This document shows positions 38,031 to 51,242 of a stretch of 64,000 nt of DNA, piece after piece. The notes under the pieces are model-generated. The model saw only the letters and a list, made by a program, of their open reading frames with translations, was not told the origin of the DNA and ran no database searches. A program made the translations under genes and the position numbers. This stretch comes from Isurus oxyrinchus (Eukaryota), in the NCBI GenBank assembly GCA_026770705.1, contig JANJGN010001130.1, positions 1 through 64,000 on the forward strand. Reading direction: 5' to 3'. Each line of letters begins with the position of its first letter. Position 1 is the stretch's first letter.

Positions 38031-38751
38031 AAATCTTATTCTTTCCATCAGCACAAACAGCAATTTCCAAGCGGACTCCCATCAGCAGACAGAGTGCAAT
38101 GAAACATCGGCATGCCTGCTTCTTAATGTACGGAGAGAAACCTGGAACGAGAGATTCTCCTTCTTCTCCTCAGCAAGCTGAAACTTTTCCTTATACCTGG
38201 TGCTCCCCAGTCCTGCTGTGTGGACACATCATAACCACGGCATTGTCTGGCTGTGTGCAGCCAACATGGTCGAATAGGAATGAACAGAAATGCGACATTG
38301 CTAAACTCTGTTCTCTGATTGGAATGTGCTTTCTGAATACTGCACCTTTTTAATGCTGCGATAGATTGTAGGAGGCATTTGGGTTATGAATAAAATTACA
38401 TTGATTAACTCAAGTGATTAAAATGCTCAGCCTGTTCTGTAGATATTTATAGATTAAAATTCTTATTTTGCAGCCAAATTCTTGGCTCAAAGACATTACT
38501 TCATGTTGTCACATTTTCTCCATCATATGAATTCCATTGCCCATCTTTATAATAGAAATTTCCAATGTAAACATGTCACATTGTAGTTGCACACTCCTGC
38601 CAGTGGTGGTGCCATTCCAAAGCTGTCTTGCTGCACTGACACAGTGAGAATTATTCTTGACTTGTACATGATGTTGTTGTTACACAGACATCAGGCGGAA
38701 TCTTGGGCAGTGCCTAGAATGCACTTAGGACATTGCGGACCACAATCAGAA

Positions 38752-39730
38752 CTGACAGTGCAGCGTTTCCTCAGTGCTGACCCTCCGTCAGTGCAGCGCT
38801 CCCTCATTACTGTCCCTCTGACAGTGCTGCACAACCTCATTATTGACCCTTTTCAAGTGCAGCACCCCGTCAGCACTAACCTTCTGACAGTGCAGCATTC
38901 CCTCATGGCTGACAATCTGACAGTGCAGCACTCCCTCAGTACTCACCCACCCACAGTACAGCACTCCCTCAGTACTGATTCTCTGACACTGTATCCCTCC
39001 CTCACTACTGACCTTCCGACAGTTCAGCACTCCCGTGGTACAGACTCTCTGACAGTGCAGCACTCCCTCAGTACTCAACCTCCCACAGTGCAGCACTCTA
39101 TCAGTACTCCCACTGTGCTGCGCAAGTTGTTTCAATCAAGATTGGTGCCCAAAGAGGGAGGTTTCATTGCTACATCATTGAAATCAGTGAAAATTATTTT
39201 TAGGCTTACGGGAACAAGACTTAGTTCCTCAAATCCTTTCTTTTGCAATAACACACAGTACAAGAATCTCTGTTTAAATAAATTCCAGTTAAACTTTGCC
39301 ATGAAAGGATATCTGCTCTTACTCCGCTCTACCTCAGTATTAACCATCCCACAGTCCGGCACCCCCTCAATACTGAGCCTCCGACTGTGTGGAACTCACT
39401 CAGTACAGACACACTGACTGTTCAGCACTCCCACATTACTGACCATCTGATAGTGCAGCACTCCCTCATTACTGACCCTCTGACAGTGCAGCACTCCCAC
39501 ATTACTGACCCTCTGACAGTGCAGCACTCCCTCACTACAGTCCCTCCTACATTGCAGCACTCCCTCATTACTGAACCTCTGACAATGCAGCACTCCCACA
39601 TTGCTCACCCTCTGATATTGCAGCACCCCCACATTACTGACCCTCTGCTAGTGCAGCACTCCCTCAGTACTGACCCTCCCACAGTGCAGCACTCCCACAG
39701 TACTGTCCCACTGACAGTGCAGCACTCTCT
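38752..39730 (+). repeat. Degenerate 33-bp minisatellite arrays
   Basis: Tandem units, interrupted at ~39120-39330. Confidence 0.9.
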
Positions 39731-39954
39731 CCGTAATGATAACAGGGATCGTTGAAATGAATCATAAGGCCAGAGACCTGTATTGGGAACTCTTATCGCC
39801 TGAGTTTCAGCCTCCGAGGTGAGGGGGAGGAGTCTAATCCCATGGAGCCAATGGAGAAGCTTCATGACTATTGATGCCCATATATGAGCTGACAGATCAT
39901 CAGATGGTAAACGTTTTGCTGAGAGCACAAAACATCCTCGATCTTCTCACTGGT

Positions 39955-40099
39955 TACCCACTTCCTCATTTTGTCTCACAGTGACACATCCACCCTTTCT
40001 AATTAAACACACAGAGGGAGCAGCACAGGAAGAGGTCATTCAGCTCAAGCAGAGCGGGTGGGCAGTTCCTCTCCAGACGAGCAGTCGGACGGGTCCTGG
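39955..40099 (+). promoter_or_regulatory. Gene C promoter and non-coding exon 1
   Basis: PU.1-type cacttcctcattt 39959-39971; donor at 40100. Confidence 0.7.
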
Positions 40100-40549
40100 G
40101 TAAGTAACGGAACGATTGGAATTCACTTCCATGACCAACACCGTCCTTTGTTGATGTTGTGACTTTATAAAGACAGATTCCAATGATTCATGCATTTGAA
40201 AGATTTCTACTGATTATTGAGATCAGGGTGTGAGGCTCAAGTCTGTTGTACAGAACATCTTTCTAGCTCAAGGGATGAGGGAATTGCAGAGACATGAGCT
40301 TTGGGACGTCTTGAGGTGGTGAAAGGTGCAATAGAAATGCAAATCCTTCAATGTTTTTCTTTCTTAAAGCCTTGTAACTCTCTGCAGAGTACCTATCATC
40401 CCACAGAGAATTAAATTAGTCTGTCAAGACATTGTCCAAAAGCAGTTCTGATCTCTTGAGAGCTGTCGGACAAGAGGTGAGGTCTCATTAACTCCTTTCT
40501 CTTTCAGAGTTTGAGAGTCAGAAGCTAATGAAATATCTGGGAGTGGACA

Positions 40550-40589
40550 ATGATCGGGAAATCTTACTTCCTCCTGTCACTTCTCCAAG
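40550..40589 (+). CDS. Gene C signal-peptide exon (MIGKSYFLLSLLQ)
   Basis: tttcag|40508, ATG 40550, phase-1 donor. Confidence 0.9.
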
Positions 40590-41649
40590 GTAATATCATC
40601 GTCAGCTTGGACAGATTTATGGTTAATAGTCTTTGTAAAAGATCATTCTTATTGAGCTGTGATTGGGAAACGATTCAGCAGTGAGCCAGTGTACAAACAC
40701 ACACCAAGTCCCATTCACCCATCACCCCTGTGCTCACTGATATACACTGACTCCCTGTCTGACAGCAGAATTGGAGGAGAGCAGAGATCTCAGAGGGTTT
40801 TAGGGTTGGAGGAGGTTACAGGGATCGGGAGTGTAGAGGGGGGATGGTGGGGTAAGAAATCGATGATGAGAATTTGAAATTTGAGTCATTGCTGTACTGG
40901 GAGTTAGTGTAGGTCAGTGAGTGACAGGGAAGCGATCGGCTGAATAGAGAATCAGGGATAAAAACTGGGGGTTGAGGTCTATCCCGATGCTAGGACTCGG
41001 ATAACAATGCCCTGAAATTTTGTGTCTTTTGCTGATCTAAGTCAGGACTTCCCATGAAGACAACACAGCAGCTCCTAGAATAGACAGGCTGTTCAGTGTC
41101 ACACTTCCTGTCCATTCTCGCCATGCTAGATACTTCAAAAAGGGAGCAAGATAACTGAAAGAGAGAAGGAAGGTAAAGCTGTCTGTGTGTAAAACTGTCA
41201 AATATTCTGAGTTATCATGATTGTCTCTGACCTGCTGCAGAGTTTAAATTTCACAGAATATTAGCACTTTGCAGCTCAGAGAGAGACCATTGACTCACTG
41301 CCTGAAAGGGCGGTGGAAGCAGATTCAACAGGAACTTTCAGAAGGGGAACTGGATAAATACTTGAAGGGGACATTTTGCAGGGCTGTGGGGGAGAGAGCA
41401 GAGGTGAGAGTGGGACTAATTGGACAGATCTTTCAAAGGCCCAGCGCAGGCTCGATGGGCCAAATGGCTTCCTTCTGTTCCAGATCATTCTACAATCTGA
41501 CAAATTAAGCCCCACATCAATAACTCTTCAGGATCCCGCTGCAGGGATGGATCTTTGACAAGGACAGGGAACAAGAGGTTTCTGGTATCATTTTCATAAT
41601 TCTTGACAATTACATAAATGTATAGATCTGTTGAATATTTAAGTCTCTA

Positions 41650-44600
41650 AAGCATAGAGGTAATCTGCTGTTACGCCCAGGTCTTGTGGTGGGAACTTTG
41701 TCTGGAGGTGTCTTTAATTGCTCACATTGATCTGTGGGATTGTCATTCTTCGATGTTGCCCCTTGTTTCAATTGGCATTTTACCCTTGATGCAACTGGGG
41801 AGGCTTTAAACTAACATGGCAGGGGATGGGATCCCAAGAAGAGGTTGACCAAAGGGAGATGCACAGCCAAAATTAGAAGAGAGAGCAAATGAACCTGGAA
41901 GGCAGAGAAATTATTGGCAGAAGATAGAATGGCAAAGTTGGATTGCAATTATTTTAATGCAAGGAGTCTGACAGACTTGCATTCTCCTGCTGGTGTGATG
42001 TTCCAGCTCCCTTGAAATTGCCAATATTGTTGAAACTTGCTGCATATTTCAATGTTATGTCATGAACTGAGGTGATGGAGTAGTTTCTGAGACTGGGACA
42101 GACATAAATCCTTTGGCTTTCGGCTGGTCCGGACAATCCTGGCAGTGGGTGGGGCCAGAAAATCCCACCCCTTGGGACATTTTCAGTTTATTTGATGTGC
42201 CCAGAGAGATCAATAAAGACCTCAATCCATAATTTATTGGCAAGCCACGTCAGGATATGTGTGAGAGGTAGAATATCGATCACCGCTCCTCGTCTCACCG
42301 TGCACATCATCGCCATTTCCTGGTTTGTCAGTCACCACATGTATATGTTCCTGATGGGATAGTGGATGGTCATTCTTATTGCTTGAAGGTTCCCCGTTGT
42401 GTCGGGTTAGTTTGGATCAGCACACGGCTCTCTGTAGCGGCATCAGCCTTTGCTCTAGTGCCCTGCCGCTGTCAATGGCCCTTTCTGCCACAAGCCTTGC
42501 AGGATTGGTGGAAAGCTGGGCATTTCCTTGGTGCTTGCAGAAGGCCACACCTTCCACACGTCTCACTAGGTCTGGATGTTCTAGTGAGTGTGTCAACAAT
42601 TGATGTTGTACTGAGGACCTGTAAGCTTCGTTGACCTGCGAGGATCACTTCGTATTTATGTCCATCCTTGAGTAGCTCTTCAATGCTGTAGGTTTTGGTC
42701 TTATCTAGCAGATCTTTCTGGAAGGCTTCCATGGGAGTGGATGCGATCACCAACTCAACAACTCTGTCTGCAGGCTCTGTGTTTGAAATCACAGTGCGTA
42801 CCCTTTTCTCTACATCGGCTGATGAAGTGGTCTATGGATTGTGTAAGCTGATGAAATGACATAAACTCTAGTTGATGAATATGAAGTTTAACCTGATTCT
42901 GAACCTGTCTTCCAATGTCGTCCATATCTATTGGGGATCCTTTCGCTCTTCTGCTGTTAATCCTGACGTGTTCAGCCTGTGTAGACCTTCATTCCCAATC
43001 GCGAGGTGAATTTTTATGGGTGGCTCGTCTGGTTCAGTCACAGCTGAATCAGGAAACCAGAGCTCTGTACGCTGTTTAAACATTCTGAATTCAGATAGTC
43101 GGTCAGCTACATCCCAGTTCGGGAATTTCGTGGACATTCTGACAATATTCCTTTGACCTTCCTTCTCCTACAGGATCTGGGATGAGTGTCGCTTTAGCCC
43201 CTTTCGTGCGCTTTTCCGAAGCTCCGCCCACGGAGACGGGTTGTGGCAGGAACACACCACAGAGTAAAGGAGTCTTTGTTTTTTATTCAATTTGCTGTTC
43301 AGCAATCTCGAAGCCGCCCGTTATAATCACTAACTTCTCTGGGCTGATTTTTATAACGGTTTTTGTGTGTTTGACTCTCCCTCGCTCACTATCGATCCAG
43401 CCCACACCCTGGTCACTTGCCTTCCCTGACTGAGCTAACCCGCTGCTGGTCCTGGCGATACACACTGTCCCACTCACTGACCTACAGGCCGTGTGCTGTA
43501 ATCTCACCACGAGGGATCCGTCTGCTCCCCAGCTCTTTACTTGTGCTCTGTCCCATCACTGTGTCTTCAAAGGTTTCCTGAGCAGTCAGTACACTGCGAT
43601 TTCAACCCTCTCTGATGCTGTGTCTCTGTTCTGGTCTGACCGAAGCGTCGAGGGTCGTCTCATGTCATGTAGCTCGATCTAAGGCTGTTCACCACATCAT
43701 ACCTGTACTGAATCTTGCTGCCAGAATGTTTGGCCACCGCTGATCACCATGTTGTGTTTTTATAATGATATAAAGGCACCAGCCACTGATACGGAATTGG
43801 GTAAATGCATTGTGGGTTCATTTATTTAGAACAGGGACATGAGAACAAGGATAGAAAGCTGGGAGACACCTGCGGCCAAACTGTGTGAGCTGTGTTCTGC
43901 TCACAGGCCAAAGTGAAACTTGGACTGGATGGTGTTATCATCCCAGCTGATGTTACTACTGGGCAAGTCAGATCCCAGGGTGGAGCTCAGCTTGATAGGT
44001 CCTAACTTTTATTTTTTATTTAGGAATGTGGAGTGCGGCTACTGAACAGAGTCACAGGAATCATCTGATGACCTTCTAACAAAAGAATAAAACATTTATT
44101 AAACTAGGAAAGACTGATTATATTACATTACTCCTTCACCCAGACCTATACATTTACAGATTCATAAGTAGAATACAAGTTACAATAACTATCTTATACT
44201 CTCATGTTCACACTAAGTACACAGTTCATGCAAACCAATAGACGACCTGTGGTCAGGGACACCACATTCTGTAACCAAGTGATAGACCCCAATTGGAACA
44301 AATGCTATGGGTTTCAGCTCAACTGACTCCAGACACTTGTTACACCATGAGGCAACTGGTCTTACAAAACTGTATCTTTCACATGAGAGTTTCCAATCTC
44401 TACTCGTCAAGTGCTCTCTTTGGAATCTTCTCTAACATGACACTTTCACTCAGAGACCTTCCACAAGGGTCCACTTCCATGATTTCAAACTCTCCTTCCC
44501 ATGTTCCTGCCCCCTGGATCGCCACATGCATTCAGCCTTCCTTCTACGCGTTGTCTTTCCAATGCTCAGTCATGCCAATGGAACACCATGGCTTCACATG

Positions 44601-45251
44601 GTCATAGTAAGAAGACATCAACATTTAGCTGTCTCCTATGATCTTCTGGCTTCTAATCAGCCTTTTTTGCTTTAGGTCTGTGTCCTTTTGCTTTTTCTCT
44701 TTTAGCTTGGATCCCTCCTCTTCTCCTCAATCTTATCTCGACTTAACAGGACCTTTTTCAGATTCCTGATCTTCTTTGTAGTAGAAGGTCTTCTTGGCTC
44801 TTTCTCCTGTTCCACTCGATGGTTTTGGCTTCTTCTTTACTTTGGGACTGACTATCTGTCCCGCTCCTTTGCTGCTTCTCCTGGCAACTCCTTTCAACCA
44901 AACTGAAAGCACATTTCTGTTTTTCTCTGTCTCTATGGGTCCGTCCCTATGGATCACTGTTGCTTAGCAACAGCACAGTTTCTTACACCTTGTGTTTGTT
45001 TTGACTTTCCTTCAAGAGACATCAAACCCCATTAGATTGCTAAATGAAAATGAAACCAAAACTGAAGTTTCCCCCTTTCTTAACACACAAATACAGAAAT
45101 CAAACTAAACTTGAACTTAAACATATACCTTATCCCTAACACACACAAATACACATAGAACTTACTTAAGCTATCCCCAGTTCTAAAATCACATGACACA
45201 CTTCCCCTCGAGTGATGTCATGCTGCTGTCCCTGAAAGGCATATTACAACA
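41650..45251 (-). mobile_element. Decayed Gypsy element: gag, PBS and 5' LTR carrying a nested LTR-like insert
   Basis: Gag (FRMFKQRTELWF..LAIGNEG; CPAFHQSCKACGRKGH Zn knuckle); PBS-like TGGTGATCAGCGGTG at 43735-43749 (-); LTR termini TGTTGT(43750)..ACAACA(45251); insert ~43951-45193. Confidence 0.75.
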
Positions 45252-45317
45252 GTGTTATCACTTGGCAGGTGATGTGTGCCAGGCAGACCAAGTCCATGAG
45301 AGAAAGGTGGTCACACT

Positions 45318-46340
45318 ATCGTAATGATTTTGCAATTTGTATTTATTATGAGATGCGTGCACTGAATTCAGAAGCAATAATTACACCAAGACCTTTAGAG
45401 ATTTGAAAATTAAATTAAAATTCTTGCTCTCAAAATAAAAGATTTCAAGCACATACATAACTCTACAATTACCACCATAATAATTCTTAAAATTCCAAAT
45501 TTGTATTTATTATGAGATGTGTGCACTGAATTCAGAAGCAATAATTACACCAAGACCTTTAGAGATTTGAAAATTAAATTAAAATTCTTGCTCTCAAAAT
45601 AAAAGCTTTCAAGCACATACATAACTCTACAATTACCACTATAATAATTCTTAAAATTCCAAATTAACCTGACTCCCAGTTACACTCCCTTTAAGGCAAC
45701 AGACTAAAAATAGATGTTAGATTTAAAACAACTCAGCAAGTTAACACAATACAATAGCAATACCCTGCACAGAGGAATTCCAAGTGGCTTTTCCCCAACT
45801 TCAGTTCTGTTGGATAGCAGGCTTGTGCACAAATGTTTGAGGTTTCATTAAGACTATATCACACACTCGTGTTAGATCTTACATGGCATTCTGACACATA
45901 GCCTTTCATTCTCCCTGATAGATATATATTTCTCTCTTTGTAACATGAAAATTCTATTGTTCCAAATGTTTTTCAAACTGTCTCTTCCTCATAACAAATT
46001 CTTTTGTGGTGCCCATATTGCCAGGAGCCTTTGAGAAAAATAAGCACATTCCTTAGTCTTGCTTATCTGGCTAGTTGTAAACAAGCTAAGATTCCTTTGA
46101 AATCCAACAACCCCTTCATTGAAATAAAAATGCAAATTCTCTTCATACCTTCCATGCTAAGCAGCATCCATGTTTCCTCAATAGCATGTCAAGCACCTAG
46201 TTCCTTTTGATCATTTTAAACTTCCAATCTAATTAACTCCAAATGTATTTAAATCACATGCAGACCCATCATGCGTACCCCCATAAACCTACTTCACAAT
46301 ATACTATAAAATATTATGAAAATTATTATACTTACATCAC
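45318..46340 (-). mobile_element. Solo-LTR-like repeat with an internal ~164-bp tandem duplication
   Basis: AT-rich, ends ..catcaca; 45335-45498 repeated at 45499-45662. Confidence 0.5.
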
Positions 46341-46744
46341 AATAGGAACCACTGCCTTAGACACTGAGGATCTAGGACAGCTAGGCCAATTACTGATTCA
46401 TGATGGTGATAATGGGGGAATTCTGAAGGCTCCAAATCCATTGTCCTACATTGTAAATCAGCAGTGAACTCACTTCAATCAGTGCGTCTTGTAGACACTG
46501 TGTTGGGTGGCAGACTGACTTCACTAAATAGGTTCCTGAGGGCCATGAGCCAATGTAGAATGAACTTGTCCACTCCTGTGTCCAGAATTCTCTTCGATCT
46601 GTGGTAAAACCTTGGGGCATTCATTGTGTGACCTGTGGATTATCCAGACTGCAGCCACTGTGCCCCAGTGATGGAGGGGGTGGATATTGAGTATAGTGGA
46701 TTGAGAAAACATTCAGAGTTAAATATTGATATTTCTCTCCGTAG

Positions 46745-47119
46745 TTGGACTATCACAAGTGTGGAAAGTCAACACTCCACGAGAGGTGACAGCGCAGGAA
46801 GGTTCGTGTGTACAGATTCCATGTAATTACAGTTATCCATCATATTTAGTAGCGAGATCAGCAGTCGGAATCTGGTATATGAGAAGGAATTTGGAAACAT
46901 GGAATGAACGGTCTATAGCCTTTCACTCCAAGAATCACAATCACAAGTTAACACGGTTCCACCATCGGACCCGGCTGTCTGGAGACCTGAAAGATGGTGA
47001 CTGTTCCCTGATTATAAACAATGTCAGACGGGAAGATGCAGGATATTATTTATTCAGAACAGAATTTGACAGCAGGAATAGATACAACGACCGTCCTGAA
47101 ACCCAGCTTCACGTTTCTG
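46745..47119 (+). CDS. Gene C V-set exon 1 (intact, most divergent V)
   Basis: gtag|..|gtaagt, 375 nt, phase 1-1; YYLFRTE with Arg at 47056-47058. Confidence 0.9.
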
Positions 47120-47384
47120 GTAAGTGCTGTGTTATAATTACTCAACAATTCACATCCAACACTCAATGGGAAATAATAGTGTTTGATTTGCTTGTTTTTT
47201 GGCCGTGTTAACCAGCGTCACTATTTTTAATGATTTGTCTATTTCTGCTCCCAGATCCATGAGCTTATTGTGTGTGATTGAATCCACATCATAGCTGTAA
47301 CGTAAACCGAGCTGAGGGGTGATGACACCTCCCCCCTGAGTGAAGTGTCTCCTCCCCACTACACCTTCCACCCCTCACACTGTC

Positions 47385-48690
47385 CGTGTAAACCCCCGTC
47401 CCATCTCCAGCCTCTCTATCCCCTCCAAAGTCCTTGAACGTGTTTCCATCTCCCAAATCCTTTCCCATCTTTCCCGGAACTCCATGTTTGAATCCCTCCA
47501 ATCAGGTTCCCACCCCAGCCACTGTGCTGAAACAGCTCTTATCAAGGTCACAAATGGCATCCTGTGTGACTGTGACAAAGGTCAACTTTCCCTCCTCGTC
47601 CTTCTCGATCTGTCTGCAGCCTTTGACACGCTCGACCACACCATCCTCCTCCAACACCTCTCCACTGTCGTCCAGCTGGGTGGGACTGCTCTCCCCTGGC
47701 TCCATTCTTATCCATCTCATCGTAGCCAGAGAATCACTTGCAATGGCTTTGCAGCATCATTTGAACAGTGTTAGTTTTCACCTGTCCACTGAGGATCCCC
47801 AGCTCTACCTCACCACCACCTCTCTCGACTCCTCCACTGCTGCTAAATTATCAGGCTGCTTATCCAACATCCAGTACTGGATGGGCAGAAATTCCCTCCA
47901 ATGAAATATTGGAAAGACTGAAGCCATTGTCTTCATTCCCCGCTCCAAACTCTGTTCCCTCGCTACCAACTCCATTCCTCTCCCTGGCAGCTCTCTGAGA
48001 TTGAAGCCAATCTGTTCACAGCTTTGTTGTCCCATTTGATCCTGAGATGAGCTTCCGGCCTCATATCTGCGCCCTCACTAACACCGTCTATTTCCACCTC
48101 CGTAACATCGCACGACTTCAACCTGTCTCAGCTCATCTGCTGCTGAAACCCTCATCCACGCCTTCATTACCTCCAGACTCGACTGTTCCAACACACGCTC
48201 TACACTCCATAAACTTGAGGCTATCCAAAACTGCTGACCACGTCCTTACTCAAACCAAGTCCCGTTCCCTTATCACCCGCTCTGCTCGATGACCGAGACT
48301 GGCTCCTGGTCAAGCAAAGTCTCAATGTCACAATTATTGAATATTTTTCCTCCCCATTACAGTAATCCTCACCTCTTGCTTCAGCCATGGCAACCCTCCC
48401 TATCTCAGGAGCCTCCTCCAGCCCCTACAACCCTCCCTATCTCTGTAACCTCCTCCAGCCCCTACAATCCTCTGAGATCTCTGCACTCCTCTGATTCCGG
48501 TCTCTTGAGCTACCCCCGATTCCCATCGTTGTGCCATTGGAAGCCATGCCTTCTGCTGCCTGGGGCCCCGAGCTCTGGAATTTTATCTCTAAACCTCTCC
48601 CCACCTCTCCCTCTCTCTCAATCTCTCTCTCTCTCACTCTCTCTTTCTCACTCTCTCCCTCTCTCTCTCTCGCTATCCCTTTTATCCCTA
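47385..48690 (+). mobile_element. L2-clade LINE RT remnant
   Basis: PISSLSIPSKVLERV..QSG..ETALIKVTN..LLVLLDLSAAFDTLDH. Confidence 0.85.
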
Positions 48691-48714
48691 TTTTAATATT
48701 CTTCATAACACAAC

Positions 48715-49450
48715 AACATAAGAACATTAGAAATAGGAACAGGAGCAGGCCATTCGGCCCCTCGAGCCTGCTCTCGCTGATCTGGTTGTGGCCTTAACTC
48801 CATTTTCCTGCCTGTCCCACAAACCCTTGACTCCCTTGTCGATCAAAAACCTGCCTCACTCAGCCTTGAGTCTAATCAATGGCCCAGCCTCCACTGCTCT
48901 CTGGGGAAGAGAATTCCACAGGCTAGCGCCCCTCTGAGAGAGGAAATTCCTCCTCATCTCAGTCTTAAATGGGAGAGCCCTCATTCCGAAACTGTGCTCC
49001 CTGGTTCTAGATTCCCCCACGAGGGGGAAACATCCTCCCAGCATCCACCCTGTCAAGCCCCCTCGGAATCGGATATGTTTCAATAAGGTCACCCCTCATT
49101 CTTCTAAACTCCAATGGATACAGGCCCAACCTGCTCAACATTTCCTCACAGGACAAACCCTTTAATCCCAGGAATCAGCCCAGTGAAGCTTCTCTGAACT
49201 GCCTGTACACAATGATCCTGTTACAATCTCACTAACGCCCTGTGCAGCTGTTGCAAGACTTCCCTCCTTTTATACTCCATCCCTTTGCAATAAAGGCCAA
49301 CATTCCACTTGCCTTCCTCATTCCGTGCTGTTCCTGAATGCTGACTTTCTGTGATTCATGTACAAGGACACCCAGATCCCTCTGTACTGCATTCTGCAGC
49401 CTGTCTCCAGTTAAATAATATCCTGTTTTTCTATTCTTCCTGCCAAAATA
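48715..49450 (-). mobile_element. CR1 fragment (same insertion as 32865-33600, duplicated)
   Basis: Near-identical sequence and the same junction upstream of a V exon. Confidence 0.9.
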
Positions 49451-49567
49451 ATTTGTTGCCATTCTCCTCAGTATTAACCATCCTCCAAATTCAGCCTCAT
49501 CTGTAAATATCGGGTTCAGTGGATCCACAAACCATTCAGAGATAAATATTGAGATTTCTCTCCCCAG

Positions 49568-49935
49568 TTGGACTGTCACAAGAGTGGAAAGGTGACACTC
49601 CACGAGAGGTGACAGCGCAGGAAGGTTCGTGTGTACAGATTCCATGTCATTACAGTTATCCATCGTGTCTGGAAAACCAACCGCGAGGTGGAGTCTGGTT
49701 TAATAATGAGAAACAGATTCCCTGGGCTCCCATTGCCTTTCACTCCAAGGATCACAGTCACCAGTTACCACGGTTCCGCCATCGGACCCGGCTGTCTGGA
49801 GACCTGAAAGATGGCGACTGTTCCCTGATTATAAACAACATCTGACGGGAAATGCAGGACCTTATTTTTTCAGAATAGAATTTGACAATGGTCCGAGCCA
49901 TAACTATTACCCTGTAACCCAGCTTCACGTTTCTG
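49568..49935 (+). pseudogene. Gene C V-set exon 2, disabled
   Basis: AGA>TGA at 49843-49845 plus a 1-nt deletion a few bases later (368 nt versus 369); splice sites intact. Confidence 0.9.
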
Positions 49936-50748
49936 GTAAGTGCTGTGTTATAATTACTCAACAATTCACATTCAACACTCAATGGGAAATAACACAATCT
50001 GTGATGTTTACATATTAACACAAAACACAGCTTATTATAACACACTGTCTGATTTTCAATAACCTGGTGATAGCTTCCAGTTCATTCCTAAAGCAACCTC
50101 TAATACTCACTTTAATATCAATGATTAAATGTATTGACTGTGTCCATCAATGTTTTCGGGATATCCACTCCCACTGATCTCCCTAACCCTGTTTGACAGT
50201 CTTACATATCGACAAAAGAATGATTCACATTTCTTTAGCACCTTTCACCACCTCTGTCGGTCGCAAATGGATTCACAACCAATGAAATAATTCCTGAAAT
50301 GTAGCCCTTGTTGTAATATGGGAAACACAGCAGCCAATTTGTGCACAGGAAGCTCCCAGAAACAGCAATGTGATCAATAACCTTATCACCTGCTTTAAAT
50401 GCCGGTTCAGTGATTGGTTCAAATGGATTCTCTCCTGCTGGCGACAGGATAGAATTTAAATCTGGCAGATTTCGGAGAAAGTAACAAGCCAGTGTGTCAG
50501 GAACTGTGAGCTGCTCCCCCACCCTCACCTGGGATTGTCAATTCAATTGTCTCAAAGTGGAAGTGAATTCATCTGAGTGACAGAAACTCCACTAAGTCTG
50601 AAAATAGGAAATTCTCTCCTGATCATTGTAATCTCTCAGTTCTGATATCATCCTTGTAAAAGTGCTTTCTCTTGTGGGACTGTGGTTTCTATTTGAACTG
50701 ATGCTTCACGTTATATTTCTCTAAAAGGATCCATTCTCTGTCTGTTAG

Positions 50749-51045
50749 ATTTCACAGATAAACCCACGATATTCCCTGCTGAAATTATTGCAGGAAAGCG
50801 TGTGGATGTAAGCTGCACCTTCAACACAACGTGCAATGGAACAGCAGCACCTGTCTTAACCTGGGACACTCCCACTGACGTACCTGGATCAGTCTCAAAC
50901 ACTGTAACTCAGCATGATGTCACTCTGACCTATACTTCTGTTCTGACCCTGATCCCATCACTCAAACACCACGGACAGACTCTCAGCTGCAGAGTGAGAT
51001 ATCCATCTGTTTCATCGGAGCGGACCCTCGTACTAACTGTGCAAG
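50749..51045 (+). CDS. Gene C C2-set domain 1 exon
   Basis: 297 nt, phase 1-1, open. Confidence 0.93.
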
Positions 51046-51242
51046 GTAAGTATGGACACCCTTCATTCTATACTAGCTGTAATAGGATACATTGTGCAGA
51101 GCAAAATCCCACAAACTTCACTGGGTTGAAGACAAAACTGGTCCTTTTTTAATGAGTGATATTGACCAGGGAGAGCTCTTCCTTGTATTGACCCTTGGGA
51201 TTGTTTATCCCAACCTGATAGGGCAGAGGGAGCCCAGGTTGT

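Noticed and set aside
12255-49935. Rearranging Ig/TCR V segments
   Set aside because: No heptamer/nonamer signals; the exons include the G strand, end in splice donors and have the Siglec Cys/Arg pattern
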